NCBI GenBank assembly: GCA_964016885.1
Contig: OZ024753.1
Coordinates: forward strand, 39,618,001-39,682,000
From: Eledone cirrhosa
Lineage: Eukaryota
Length of the DNA: 64,000 nucleotides
Reading direction: 5' to 3'
In this document: one piece after another, positions 41,199 to 55,562 of the stretch
Layout: each line of letters begins with the position of its first letter
How positions within the stretch are numbered: the first letter of the stretch is position 1
The notes under the pieces: model-generated
What the model was told of the DNA's origin: nothing
The model's database searches: none
The model's input: the letters and a program-made list of their open reading frames with translations, nothing else
Made by a program: the position numbers and the translations under genes

Positions 41199-41718
41199 AT
41201 TAAAATAACAGATTAAAGTTTAAGCAAAGAATCACTGCTTTCACCCTTCACGCGATCTTCTGAAACTAAAAAAAATCAATCTGTGAACGCAGAAGTAAAT
41301 ATTTCGAAAAACGTTGCAACCGAAGGAAAACAGGAAGACGATACTTTGGTCCGTGGCGCTCCACATAATGACGTATTATCGCTTTTTTTCCGTTCATTGC
41401 CAGGGAACATCTCCACGAACTACCTAAATAGAATATTAGTCTACGACTTCATTTATACCATAAACGTGGTTTTGTCTTTGCGTGTAATTGTTCTCACCGC
41501 TCCAAATAACGACGTATTATCTTCGCTTTTTTTTTTTCGTCCATTGCCAGGGAACGTCTCCACGAACCAAAGTATCGTCCTCCTGTTTTCCTTTGGCTGC
41601 AACGTTTTTCGAAATATTTACTTCTGCATTCACAGATTGATTTTTTTTTAGTTTCAGAAGATCCTGTTGAGGGTGAAAGCAGCGATTCTTTGCTTAAACT
41701 TTAATCTGTTATTTTAAT
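41199..41718. mobile_element. Fold-back element (~158-bp inverted arms, ~200-bp spacer with internal direct repeat)
   Basis: 41199-41356 is the reverse complement of 41560-41718, with (TA)n on the left flank. Confidence 0.8.
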
Positions 41719-43546
41719 AAATATTTGCTCACAAAATATTATATATTTTATATATATTTACCCTTATCGAGCCCTCTTTGGATTTTAGTCTTCAAATTTA
41801 TTATTATTACTATATATATAAATCTTATCTATCCTCTGTCATGGAAGGAAACATCCCTTTTTATACCAATCTACTTTAAATTATTCTTGGTTTTGTGTTA
41901 CAAAGCTGCTTATTTTAAAGTGTTTATGTTTATCTAAAAACATTTTATCATAATTTTATCTAATAATCTTTGTTAAGTTGTTTCAAACATCAGCTTAAGA
42001 ATGAAAAGCGTAAGTTATATTACTAAATCCCTCCAAATTCGTCATTATTTTCAAAATGACTTGGAAATTATAAGCAGTGTTCTTCATTACAAATATACAT
42101 TTACACACTCATGCACATTCATATTTACACACACAATCACACACACACACACACATTCACACTTAGACATATTTGCATTTACATTATTTAGACACATGTA
42201 TACCGATATGAAATTTTAAGCAATTATCAGATATACATGTAAAAGAATATGAAATGGATGAGAAAATGCAACAGCCTTCAGTAGAAATCAAACAATCACC
42301 CTCGTGTTGACTAAGAAAACAAGCTAACCATTACAATAAAACCACAGTCATTGTCATTAAATTAAGCTGTCAACTGCTCTTAATTCAGTCCGTGGTCCCA
42401 TAACTCTTAATCCAGCATTTGATGTCAAGTTTCATTATGCTCAATGAAAACTGTGCTTTTGAGTTGCGACCTGTAGATAGTATCAGCAAGGGAAAGACCA
42501 ATGGAAACATTGTTTCCATGGTCCAGTTTGACGAGTTCCACCCTACTCAGCAAGCAAATGAAATTTTGGAATTTGTCGATCAATTTGATCATTTGATCAG
42601 AAAAGTTGACCCAAGTAGAACTTGAACTCAGAGCACAGAGAGTGAGAATGAATACTGCAAAGTATTTTATCTGACATTCTAACAGCACTGCCAAGTTGCC
42701 ACCCAGCATGCTAATCCACCCATTACACCCAAACCACAGCTCCTGCCATCAAATTAAGCCTGTCAACTGCGATTATTTACTGAGAACTTAATTTATTATC
42801 AACAGTGGCAGTTTCCTAATAGTGTAATGGTTAATACACTTGTCTCCTTAAGAGAAGAGAGTTTAGATTTCCCCCATCAAGGAAATTATATATAATTATC
42901 CACTAATTATGTTTAAATTATTCATATGTTGTTGCTGAAGACAAAAAGTCACAGCTGGCTGAGTTAGTAGTATGTTAGTTGAGCTTGTGTAATGGGTGTT
43001 TACATAAGCTTATAGTACCGAGTTCAAATACTGAATTGATCCACAGAAATAGTTGCATGCTTCTTCTTTTGAAATAATTGGGACTTATTACTTGTTTAAT
43101 CATTCTGTTACCATATTTCTCATCAAATTGTTTTCAAAATAATCAATACTTTGAAAGGATTTTGAGATATAACTAACTTTTTTCATTAAGGGTGGTAAAT
43201 AGCAGCATCGGTAGAGCATTGGGCAACATGCTTTGTGGCATAGAATTGTGTCCCTTTACATTCTAAGTTCAAATCCCATCGAGGTTAGCTTTGCCTTTCA
43301 TCCTTACGGTGTCAATAAAATAAAGACTAGTGATGCATTAGAGTTGATTTAAATGACTTCCCCTCCTCCAAAAATTGTTGGCCTTGTGTCTAAATCAGAA
43401 ACCATTACTATGTTGAGGTTTAGAACATAATTTAACAAATGTTCCTATGTAAAATGATGAAGGAGCTGTATCTGACGAGTCTTTGCCAGTAAAACCTTGG
43501 CTCAACTGTGACAAATGAACCAGGGTCATTATTATATAACTGCCAA

Positions 43547-43735
43547 GAGCGGTGAATTGGCAGTATCGGTAGAGGGTCGGACGCCATGCTTTCCAGCATA
43601 GTTACGTCCCTTTACGATCTGAGTTCAAATCCCGCCGAGGTTGACTTTGCCTTTCATCCTTACGGGGTCGATAAAATAAATACCAGTAATGTACTGGGTA
43701 ATTGCTGGCCTTGTGCCTAATGTAGAAACAATTAT
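43547..43735 (+). mobile_element. tRNA-derived SINE (family A), full length
   Basis: A and B boxes, CTTTGCCTTTCATCCTTACGGGGTCGATAAAAT domain and GGCCTTGTGCC...GAAACAATTAT end. Further copies at 43185-43410, 45995-46315, 56670-56852 and 62250-62460. Confidence 0.9.
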
Positions 43736-43766
43736 ATATATATAGAGAGAGAGAGAATTTTATATA

Positions 43767-43842
43767 CAGGGTGTCACCAAAAAATTTATACACTTCAAAA
43801 ACATTCTAAGCAAAGTGTGTATACATTTTTTTGGACACCCTG
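43767..43842. mobile_element. 76-bp Tc1/mariner-like MITE
   Basis: TA|CAGGGTGTC...GACACCCTG|TA; almost entirely palindromic. Confidence 0.78.
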
Positions 43843-44227
43843 TATATACATACATTTCTGTATATATATATATTATAAAATAAGAAGGAATAATAGACAC
43901 AATATACCTATTCTTTCTTAAGAAGAAAGAAAAGGTATATTGTGTCTATTATTCCTTCTTATTTTATAATATTTTACATAGGTCTGATATTGTGTCAATT
44001 TAATTATTTCAATTATCTTGTCTCTCATAATCATAGAGCAACACTGGTTAAGGTTGACAATACACAATCTCAAATACTTGTGATAAATATATGTTTATAT
44101 ATACATGTATATGTATGTATGCACATATATCTGTATACCTCTCATAAAGTACCAGTAATGCACTGGGTAAATTGCTGGCTTTGTGCCTAAAGTAGAAACA
44201 ATTATTGTATATATATATAGAGAGAGA

Positions 44228-44570
44228 GAGGCATATGGCTTAGTGGTTAGAGCATTGGCCTTGCAATCGAAAGGTTGTGAGTTCAATTCTTGGACCAGGT
44301 GATGTGTTGTTTCCTTGAGCAAGGCACTTTATTTCACATTGCTCCAGTTTACTCAGCTGTAGAAATGAGATGATAGGGACTGAAGTCCCTATCATTCCAC
44401 TGCAAAGTGGTCGTGGAGGTGCCACGGCAAAAAAGCACCCAGCACTCACTGTAAATGAGGTTGGTGTTAGGAAGGGCATCCAGCTGTAGAAATCAAGCCA
44501 GAATCAGTTCCCGTCCCACCTTTGCAAGCAGGGAAAAGCGGACGTAAAATGATGATGATGATGATGATGA
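44228..44570 (+). mobile_element. tRNA-derived SINE (family B), full length
   Basis: A and B boxes, CORE-like domain, GGGCATCCAGC domain, and a tail matching the RTE 3' end at 4262-4320. Confidence 0.9.
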
Positions 44571-44613
44571 TATATATATATATATATCTTTGTCAGCCTT
44601 ACAACAGTAACAA

Positions 44614-44676
<63 letters not shown>

Positions 44677-44880
44677 ATTGTCCATTGTCTCCCCTTTGCT
44701 CTCAATTGTATTCATCTTTTCATGTTTGACTTTTACAAACACCTACAGCTGCTTTATCTAGCTTTATATCTGGACACTATTTCAATATCTATACAACATA
44801 CACATATAATTTGTACCTTTTCAAAGCCATTCTTCCGGCAATGTAATCCTGTTGTTGCTGTTTGTATGTCTATGTATATT

Positions 44881-44933
<53 letters not shown>

Positions 44934-45060
44934 ATATATATGTGTATATATATTTATGTATGTATATATATATCATCATTTAACTTCCACTTTCACTGAT
45001 GTATATGTATGTATGTGTGTGTGTGTATATATATTTATATATATATGTATGTATATATAC

Positions 45061-45112
<52 letters not shown>

Positions 45113-45119
45113 TTATATG

Positions 45120-45150
<31 letters not shown>

Positions 45151-45694
45151 GTGTAGCCTAACAACACAGGTCAGTAAACATGCCATATTATGGCTGCTTT
45201 GCTTTGTCCCTTCTTCATTGTGCAATTCTTGACTCCTAAGTTGTTCTTCTTTGTTCTTGATCTTCATCATCATCATCATCATAATCATCTTCTTCTTCTC
45301 ACAAATCTTGTTTGTTTGTTTGTTTCTGTCTTCTTGTGTGATGTTATGCATACATATATGTGTTGTATATAGTGTGTTTTATGTATGTTTTGTTTTACCT
45401 TATGTATATGTGTATATGTGTGTGTATATATATCTATGTGTGTGTGTGTCTGTATATATATATATCTACACATATATATACATATGTCCAAACCCATGCA
45501 AGCATGGAAGATGGACGTTAAACGATGATGATGATGATGATGATGATGTATATATATGTATATGTATCCTATTTCTTTTCTATGTATATGTATATATATA
45601 TGTATATGTTTGTATGTAGATGCATATATATATATACATGTGCATATCATCATCATCATCATTTAATGTCCATCTTCCACATGTGTGTGTGTGC

Positions 45695-45755
<61 letters not shown>

Positions 45756-46639
45756 TATATATATACACACACACACACATATATGTGTGCATCTTAAGGA
45801 CAGTTGAAGTTGACATTTAAAATGTTTTAAAAACAAACCCCCCAGAAAACTGTGTTTTGTTTGTTGTGCAGATATTTTAAGGGACTATATCAAACAACAA
45901 CAACAACAGTGGGTTCTTTCCAGTCTTATAGCAACAACAATACACATATTTTCCGGGATCCTAATAAATAACAACAACAATACTACATATTTCCCGGGGT
46001 TCTGAGTTCAAATCCCACCGAGGTTAACTTTGCCTTTCATCCTTACGGGGTTGATAAAATAAAGTACCAGTAATGTACTGGGTAATTTCTGGCCTTGTGC
46101 TAATAGTAGAAACAATTATATTTTCTTTGGGGGATTGGCAGTATCGGTAGAGGGTCGGACGCCATGCTTTGACGCATAGAGTTACGTCCCTTTACGGTCT
46201 GAGTTCAAATCCCGCCGAGGTTAACTTTGCCTTTCATCCTTACAGGGTCGATAAAATAAAGTACCAGTAATGTACTGGGTAATTGCTGGCCTTGTGCCAA
46301 TAGTAGAAACAATTATTTATTTTGAGAACAATACCTTAACATCAGTATGAGCAGCCGGTTATGGCCGGTTTGAACAGAAAGAGGTGAGAGAATTATGCCG
46401 GTTACAGCTGGTTTAAATACTAAAGGGTTAATGATGACAAGTTGTGGTTGCAGACGAAGAAAGATGTGGGCAGAGGTGGAGAAAGTACATTTTAAGAATC
46501 TACACCTCACTTCACAAAGGGTTGGTAAAATAAAGTACAAGTAACACACACTGGGGTCACATAATCGACTTTTCCCCCTCCCCAAAAATTGTTGGCCTTG
46601 AGCCTCAATTAGAAACAATTTTTATCATTGACAAAAAAG

Positions 46640-48520
46640 CTCCCACTACTCACTGTAAAGTGGTCGGGTAGGCACCACAGTAAACAAGCACCCAGTACTC
46701 ACTGTAAAGTGATCGTGTAGGCGCCACGGTAAAAAAACACCCAGTACTTACTGTAAAGTGGTCGTATAGGCGCCACGGTAAAAAGGCACCCAGTACTCAC
46801 TGTAAAGTGGTTGTGTAGGCACCACAGTAAACAAGCACCCAGTACTCACTGTAAAATGATCGTGTAGGCGCCACGGTAAAAAAGCACCCAGTACTCACTG
46901 TAAAGTGGTCGTATAGGCGCCACGGTAAAAAAGCACCCAGTACTCACTGTGAAGTGGTCGAGTAGGTGCCACGGTAAAAAGGCATCCAGTACTTACTGTA
47001 AAGTGGTCGTATAGGCGCCACGGTAAAAAGGCATCCAGTACTCACTGTAAAGTGGCTGTGTAGGCGCCACGGTAAAAAAACACCCAGTACTCACTGTGAA
47101 GTGGTCGTGTAGGTGCCACGGTAAAAAGGCATCCAGTACTCACTGTGAAGTGACTGTGTAGGTGCCACGGTAAAAAGGCATCCAGTACTCACTGTGAAGT
47201 GGCTGTGTAGGCGTCACGGTAAAAAAACACCCAGTACTCACTGTGAAGTGGCTGTGTAGGCGTCACGGTAAAAAAACACCCAGTACTCACTGTGAAGTGG
47301 TCGTGTAGGTGCCACGGTAAAAAGGCATCCAGTACTCACTGTGAAGTGACTGTGTAGGTGCCACGGTAAAAAGGCATCCAGTACTCACTGTGAAGTGGTT
47401 GTGTAGGCACCACAGTAAACAAGCACCCAGTACTCACTGTAAAATGATCGTGTAGGCGCCACGGTAAAAAAGCACCCAGTACTCACTGTAAAGTGGTCGT
47501 ATAGGCGCCACGGTAAAAAAGCACCCAGTACTCACTGTGAAGTGGTCGAGTAGGTGCCACGGTAAAAAGGCATCCAGTACTTACTGTAAAGTGGTCGTAT
47601 AGGCGCCACGGTAAAAAGGCATCCAGTACTCACTGTAAAGTGGCTGTGTAGGCGCCACGGTAAAAAAACACCCAGTACTCACTGTGAAGTGGTCGTGTAG
47701 GTGCCACGGTAAAAAGGCATCCAGTACTCACTGTGAAGTGACTGTGTAGGTGCCACGGTAAAAAGGCATCCAGTACTCACTGTGAAGTGGCTGTGTAGGC
47801 GTCACGGTAAAAAAACACCCAGTACTCACTGTGAAGTGGCTGTGTAGGCGTCACGGTAAAAAAACACCCAGTACTCACTGTGAAGTGGTCGTGTAGGTGC
47901 CACGGTAAAAAGGCATCCAGTACTCACTGTGAAGTGACTGTGTAGGTGCCACGGTAAAAAGGCATCCAGTACTCACTGTGAAGTGGCTGTGTAGGCGTCA
48001 CGGTAAAAAAACACCCAGTACTCACTGTGAAGTGGCTGTGTAGGCGTCACGGTAAAAAAACACCCAGTACTCACTGTGAAGTGGCTGTGTAGGCGTCACG
48101 GTAAAAAAACACCCAGTACTCACTGTAAAGTGGCTGTGTAGGCGTCACGGTAAAAAAACACCCAGTACTCACTGTAAAGTGGTCGTGTAGGCGCCACGGT
48201 AAAAAGGCACCCAGTACTCACTGTAAAGTGGTCGTGTAGGCGCCACGGTAAAAAGGCATCCAGTACTCACTGTAAAGTGGTCGTATAGGCGCCACGGTAA
48301 AAAGGCATCCAGTACTCACTGTAAAGTGGTCGTGTAGGCGCCACGGTAAAAAGGCATCCAGTACTCACTGTGAAGTGGTCGTATAGGCACCACGGTAAAA
48401 AGGCACCCAGTACTCACTGTGAAGTGGTCGTGTAGGCGCCACGGTAAAAAGGCATCCAGTACTCACTGTGAAGTGGTCGTGTAGGCGCCACGGTAAAAAG
48501 GCATCCAGTACTCACTGTAA
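46640..48520 (+). repeat. 49-bp SINE-derived satellite, about 38 copies, running into a SINE 3' end (to ~48692)
   Basis: Unit CAGTACTCACTGTAAAGTGGTCGTGTAGGCGCCACGGTAAAAAGGCACC; the last unit continues into AATGAGGTTGGTGTTAGGAAGGGCATCC. Confidence 0.96.
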
Positions 48521-50033
48521 ATGAGGTTGGTGTTAGGAAGGGCATCCATCTGTAGAAATCAAGCCAAAATCAGTTGTGTATGAGCAAGAGATGGTCACTT
48601 GACCTGGCATTGCCCACAACAGGACAACCTGTCTAACCCATGCTAGTGTGGAAGAATGGACGTAAAATGGTGATGATGATGAGGATGATGATAAATGTGT
48701 ACTGTTGTTGTTATAATAATTTCTATTCACGATTTGGTGTTTTGCTGTTGTTATTCTCGGTGATGATGCTGTTGTTGTTGTTGTTGTGATTTTTAGTCTG
48801 ATAGTTGTTGTTGTTGTTGTTGTTGTTGTTAATATTTCTCTTCTTAAAGTTATTGTATTTCCTTCTGTCATTTCTGTCCCTTCCAATGTTAGTGTTGTTG
48901 TTGTCACTGTTGTTGTTATATCACCCTCACCCTCATCCCCATCCACCCTATCAACTACCCGCTGCCACCACCACCACCACCATACACCACTCTCCCCCCC
49001 CCCTTCTCCAACATCATTTTTTTTTTCTTTCTAAGAGAAGAACAAAAATATGTTTGCCAGAGAAACAGCTGTCTTTAACAAGCAAACAGTAGGGGGAGGA
49101 GGACGAGGAAGCGGGAGATGGCGGTGAGGTGGTGGGTAGAACAGACAATGGTACATTGAAAACCAAGGGACACCTCTTGGAGAAACCTTAATGTCTCAAA
49201 AACTAAACTCCTTTAAGAATGTAGTTGCTGCTGTTGTTGGTGGTTGGTGGTGGTTGGTGATGATGGTTGGTGGTGGTGGTGGTGGTGGTGGTGGTGGTTT
49301 GTTTGTTAAATATAAAGACTTTCATTTTTTTTTCATTTTTTTTTTTGCTCTATTCCATGTTGCTAATTTTTGCAAGTCATCTGGCAGTGCAAACTTCATG
49401 TTTGTTATGCTTCATCAGCTACGCTTAAAAAAGAAAGCAGCTATGCATGGTGCTGGTACACTGATGGCCCACGCACCTATCACTACCATACATATACACA
49501 CGGTGTGTGTATATATATATATATATATACACAAGGAGATTTATATATATATATATCTATCATCATCACCATAATTTTTACATTTATTTTTCCATGCTTG
49601 CGTGTATGTGTGTATGTATGTACATACATTCATGCATACATACAGGCACAAACATATACATACATAGACACATACATGCACACACACATGCATGCACACA
49701 CACATACCTTGTATTGAATGGAAATGCTGTAAACAGAACTGAGAAGACTTTAAAAAAATGCCTTTTTTTGTGGTGTAGAGTAGTTGTTTTTTTATGGGGG
49801 AGGGTTGTTGTTTTTTTTGTGGGGGAGTGTTGTTATTTTTTTCTGTTAAATTGCACAGAATAGCAAGAAAGACCCCTGCCCTCCAAAAAAAAATGACAGG
49901 CCAATTTTAAAGTCCCCTGCCCCTACCTACAAAATACTATGAATGTTTTGTATATTTTTCTCTGTATTTTCTGTCATTACACAAATGACCCCTAAATGAA
50001 GACCTCATCTGCACATCCCTCTCTCTCTCTCTC

Positions 50034-50116
<83 letters not shown>

Positions 50117-50202
50117 ATAGAATTGTTTGTTTATGAAAAGAAAAGATATGTGTGTATAGATAGATAAATAGATACAGGAGACCAACAAACAGTCATTATC
50201 AT

Positions 50203-50236
<34 letters not shown>

Positions 50237-51155
50237 ATACTATTACTATTATCAACATCATTAGATCATTATCACTACTATCATCACCACCAACACCTCC
50301 TTTATCATCATCACCACCACCACCATTATCATTACCAGCACCATCATCACCACCACCATCACTATTGTCACTACCACCTGTACCATCATAACCACCATTA
50401 TCATCACTGATATCACCTCCACTAACACCACCACCACCAACCCCAACACCAACACCATTATCACATTATCACATTATCACCACCACCTCTACCATCATCA
50501 TAACTACTATTATTATTGCTATTATCACTACCAGCAATATCACCGCCATTATCATCTCTACTATCACCACCACCACCACTATCACCGTCATCACCATTAT
50601 CACCACCACCACTACCACCACTATCACCATTATCACCACCACCACCACCAACATTATCACCACCACCACCACCACTACCACCACTACCACACTATCACCA
50701 TTGACACTACCACCACTATCACTATTATCACCACCACCACTACCACCTCTACCACGCTATCACCATTGACACTACCACCTCTACCACCACTATCACCATT
50801 ATCACCACTACCACCAACATTATCACCACCACTACCACCACCACCACCACCACCTCTACCACCAACAGCGTGATCATAATCTTTGATAACCCATGTTTGA
50901 TTTTTACCATCCATCCATGCTCTCTCACAATAGTTTATAATAACAACAAAGCTACCTTAGTGTTGTTATGTCTCTCATTGAAGGGTCAGATATGTGTGAA
51001 TATATATTCCTTTGTGTCATGAAGATGTTTACATGTTGTCATTGAAATTATCTTGGAACTAAGAAACTAACATTGCATATTAATAATCTAGAATCTTCTC
51101 TCACAACACATTTGTCATCAATCCCTTTCTAACTGTATATTTGTATATTTTTTTG

Positions 51156-52050
51156 CTGCACATATATACTTTGTGGTATATAGTTATGTTCTGTATATAT
51201 ACTTTGTGGTATATAGTTATGTTCTGTATATATACTTTGTGGTATATAGTTATGTTCTGTATATATACTTTGTGGTATATAGTTATGTTCTGTATATATA
51301 CTTTGTGGTATATAGTTATGTTCTGTATATATACTTTGTGGTATATAGTTATGTTCTGCACATATATACTTTGTGGTATATAGTTATGTTCTGTATATAT
51401 ACTTTGTGGTATATAGTTATGTTCTGTATATATACTTTGTGGTATATAGTTATGTTCTGTATATATACTTTGTGGTATATAGTTATGTTCTGTATATATA
51501 CTTTGTGGTATATAGTTATGTTCTGTATATATACTTTGTTGTATATAGTTGTTCTGTATATATACTTTGTGGTATATAGTTATGTTCTGTATATATACTT
51601 TGTGGTATATAGTTATGTTCTGTATATATACTTTGTGGTATATAGTTATGTTCTGTATATATACTTTGTGGTATATAGTTATGTTCTGCACATATATACT
51701 TTGTGGTATATAGTTATGTTCTGTATATATACTTTGTGGTATATAGTTATGTTCTGTATATATACTTTGTGGTATATAGTTATGTTCTGTATATATACTT
51801 TGTGGTATATAGTTATGTTCTGTATATATACTTTGTGGTATATAGTTATGTTCTGTATATATACTTTGTGGTATATAGTTATGTTCTGTATATATACTTT
51901 GTGGTATATAGTTATGTTCTGTATATATACTTTGTGGTATATAGTTATGTTCTGTATATATACTTTGTGGTATATAGTTATGTTCTGTATATATACTTTG
52001 TGGTATATAGTTATGTTCTGTATATATACTTTGTGGTATATAGTTATGTT
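51156..52050 (+). repeat. 33-bp satellite, about 27 copies
   Basis: Unit TATATACTTTGTGGTATATAGTTATGTTCTGTA; continues directly into a family A SINE B box at ~52060. Confidence 0.96.
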
Positions 52051-52790
52051 TCTTTATGTTCTGAGTTCAAATTCCGCCGAGGTTAAGCTTTGCCTTTCAT
52101 CCTTACAGGATCGATAAAATAAAGTACCAGTAATACACTGGTGCTGATTTAATCGACTTTAGCTTCCCCTGAAATCGTTGGCCTGTGCCTAAAACAGAGA
52201 CCATTATTATTAGTAGTAGTGGATTGGCAGTATCGGTAGAGGGTCGGATGCCATGCTTTCCAACATAGTTACGTCCCTTTACGATCTGAGTTCAAATCCC
52301 GCCGAGGTTGACTTTGCCTTTCATCCTTACGGGGTCAATAAAATAAAGTACCAGTAATGCACTGGGTAATTGCTGGCCTTGTGCCTAAAGTAGAAACAAA
52401 TTATTATTAGTAGTAGTGGATTGGCAGTATCGGTAGAGAGTCGGACGCCATGCTTTCCAGCATAGAGTTACGGCCCTTTACGGTCTGAGTTCAAATCCCG
52501 CCGAGGTTGACTTATAAAATAAAGTACCAGTAATGCACTGGGTAATTGCTGGCCTTGTGCCTAAAGTAGAAACAATTATTATTAGTAGTAGTAGGGCTGT
52601 GGATTGGCAGTATGGGTAGAGGGTCGGACGCCATGCTTTGCAGCATAGAGTTACGGCTCTTTACGGTCTGAGTAGGAGAGGCAAAGTTAACCTTGGCGGG
52701 ATTTGAACTCGGACTGTAAAGGGATGTAACTATGCTGGAAAGCATGGCGTCCGACCCTCTACCGATACTGCCAATCCAATCCACCGCCCT
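52050..52790. mobile_element. Cluster of family A SINEs, last copy inverted
   Basis: Four + strand copies or fragments, then a - strand head at 52673-52790 that can pair with 52598-52672. Confidence 0.85.
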
Positions 52791-53109
52791 CTTCTGTAAT
52801 TAATAGAAGACAGACGTTAGTGAAATTAGAAAGTAGTAGTAACTAGTGCAGGTTATCACAGACTTCTTTTGTGTTAATAATAGTTAATTGGGAAATCTCT
52901 GTTTCTTTTGTTCTTTCAACATTCTGTTTCTGTCAAGAAATTCAAGTGTTGATGAAGTTCTTTTTAGTTTTGTATTTGTTGACATTATTCATTTTTCGAT
53001 ATTACTGTGAAAATTAATGGTTCTCTCTGGTCATTTAATTGTATTCATCAGGTCAAAATGGAATGTATGGTTGTTCAGCAGTAACGTCAGGTGCTGACCT
53101 ATCAACAGA

Positions 53110-53545
53110 ATAGAGCTAGAGTGAAAGAGGGTGGCAGGATGGTGGGGAGAAATAGAGAGTGAGAGAGGGTGGTAGGTTGGTGGGGAGAAATAGAGAAGGA
53201 GAGCTAGAGTGAGAGAGGGTGGCAGGATGGTGGGGAGAAATAGAGAAGGAGAGCTAGAGTGAGAGAGAGAGGGGCAGGATGGTGGGGAGAAATAGAGAAG
53301 GAGAGCTAGAGATAGAGAAGATGGTGGGGAGAAATAGAGAGCTAGAGCTAGAGAGAGAGATGGTGGCAGGATAGTGGGGAGAAATAGAGAAGGAGAGAGC
53401 TAGAGATAGAGAGGAGGGCAGGATGGTGGGGAGAAATAGAGAGTTAGAGCTAGAGAGAGAGGGGGGGTATCAGGATGGTGGGGAGAAATAGAGAACGAGA
53501 GCTAGGAGTGATTGAGAGAGAGTAAAGGAGGATAGTGGGGAGAGA
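53110..53545. repeat. Purine-rich ~50-bp minisatellite
   Basis: GGCAGGATGGTGGGGAGAAATAGAGAAGGAGAGCTAGAG repeated about 8 times. Confidence 0.9.
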
Positions 53546-55136
53546 AAGAGGGTGTGTGTGTGTGTATGTATGTATATGAGTATGTATGTGTATGAGTGAG
53601 GTAAATCAAATGTGAATGAGACGTGATTTAAAGACCTGCTTAATATAATGGAACTGTCATTTTGGATAAATATGCCTATTTCTCTAATGTTAACAACAAC
53701 TTTCTTTGATAGTGTTCACCTTTTCAAAAACATTAGTCAAACTCTGCTCCCTCCCCCTCAATTTCCCATCCTCTATCCTGTCCACCCCCATGCTAGAAGT
53801 CAGATGTTCTCACCTCTGTTATGGAAAGATTCTTCTTTCAAATCAATGATTTCATTGTTCTGGTTTGATTAAGATGAATGCTTTCTACTCTGTTATTTCC
53901 AATATGGTACTTGTGGAAATGTTTGTTTGCTGCCTGTAATGTTCTTACAAACTTAGAAAGCTGGTTTGTTCACATTGAAAATTAAATGGGATATTTGTCT
54001 ATGCAATGATTTGCCACAATGAAAAGCTTTTGTGACTTTTACTTACATTTATGCCTCATTTATATAATAAAACTCCTCCTCGCACAACAGACACATGTTC
54101 ATTGAATTCTCACGTTGCAACGTAATGATAAAAGAGACAGTGGTCTTATAAAAAGAGAATGTGATTATGTTGTATAAATATTACTTCTTTGTTCAATTTA
54201 TGTTGATTCCTATTTTTTATATCACTTTAATTTATACACATTAACGAGGAAGTTTCTAGATATTAGCTCAACCTGCTCAATGTAGCAGTTAGATTTAAAT
54301 CTTACATATTAGGACAGCATTCTTCACAACTAGCATGTCACATGAACAAATTTATAATTGGTTTGCTCTGAGTTCTAGATCTCATTGAGTGGGTGGAGAA
54401 GGTGACAGAGGTGGTCGATGGTTATTCAACAACTATATATGCCAGCAAAGTAGATTTTTCACTTGATTTTTCTTAGTCTAGTAGATAAATCATTCGAAAT
54501 AGACTTCTTACCATAATTAAACTGGTAACTTAATGTTTAAGTCTTAAATCTTCATATTCCACAATAATGATATTATGGTCACAGCTTGTAGCTTCTCAAA
54601 TACCATAGTTCAACTGAAACCAATAAACCAGAGATATATTTAAATATAAGTCTACTTCTAAATGTTAACTCTTTTCATACAAAACTGCCTGAAACTCTTC
54701 CTGGTTCTATGATACAAAACTGCTTCTTTTAAAGTATTTATCATTACAATTATCATCATTACATCTACTTTTTAATACTGGCATGGGCTGGATGGATTAT
54801 TTTGAGGCAATGTTTTACAGCCAGATGCCATTCCTGATGCTAACCCTTTTAGTCGCCTCTTATCACACACAGGGATACAGTGAATCTATTCTAAAATCCA
54901 GGATACACTCAACAAAGTTTATCTAAAAACCTTCCATCATAATTTCATGATATTATGGGCTGAAACAAATGTTTGAGAGGGGGTTCTTTTCTGAAGATCT
55001 GCTGTCCAGCTCTCTTGAGAGTTTCTTACCTCTTATGTACACCTATGTAAACCTACATTGCGTAGATATGAGCTGTAAATTTCACTTTATCATCTTTTCA
55101 AATAGATGTGACTGCAGCTATTCAACAAGCAATAAT

Positions 55137-55319
55137 TGTTTCTACTTTAGGCACAAGGCCAGCAAATACCCAGTGCATTACTGGTACTTTATTTTATCGA
55201 CCCCGTGAGGATGAAAGGTAAAGTCAACCTCGGCGGGATTTGAACTCAGATCGTAAAGGGACGTAACTATGCTGGAAAGCATGGCATCCGACCCTCTACC
55301 GATACTGCCAATCCACCGC
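55137..55319 (-). mobile_element. Family A SINE with 19-bp target-site duplication
   Basis: CTATTCAACAAGCAATAAT at 55118-55136 and 55320-55338. Confidence 0.9.
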
Positions 55320-55562
55320 CTATTCAACAAGCAATAATGATTTCTGATGTGGTCACAAGACCAGCAATTTTGGGGGAGGGGTGAAATCAATTAAATTGAC
55401 CCCAGTGCATTACTGGTACTGCTAAATCATTTCAGTATGTTAAGAGTTAACCCTTTAGCATTTACATTACTCTATATAAGCTATTATATTTTCATGGTAA
55501 AGGCTTTATCTTACATAATTATCTCACATAATATCGAATCTATGAGATTGTGATATTATTTA

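Noticed and set aside
43550-43640. tRNA genes suggested by A/B boxes
   Set aside because: The boxes belong to multi-copy SINE heads and no cloverleaf forms.
46640-48520. CRISPR-like regular repeat
   Set aside because: The units are contiguous with no unique spacers, the DNA is eukaryotic, and the unit derives from a SINE.
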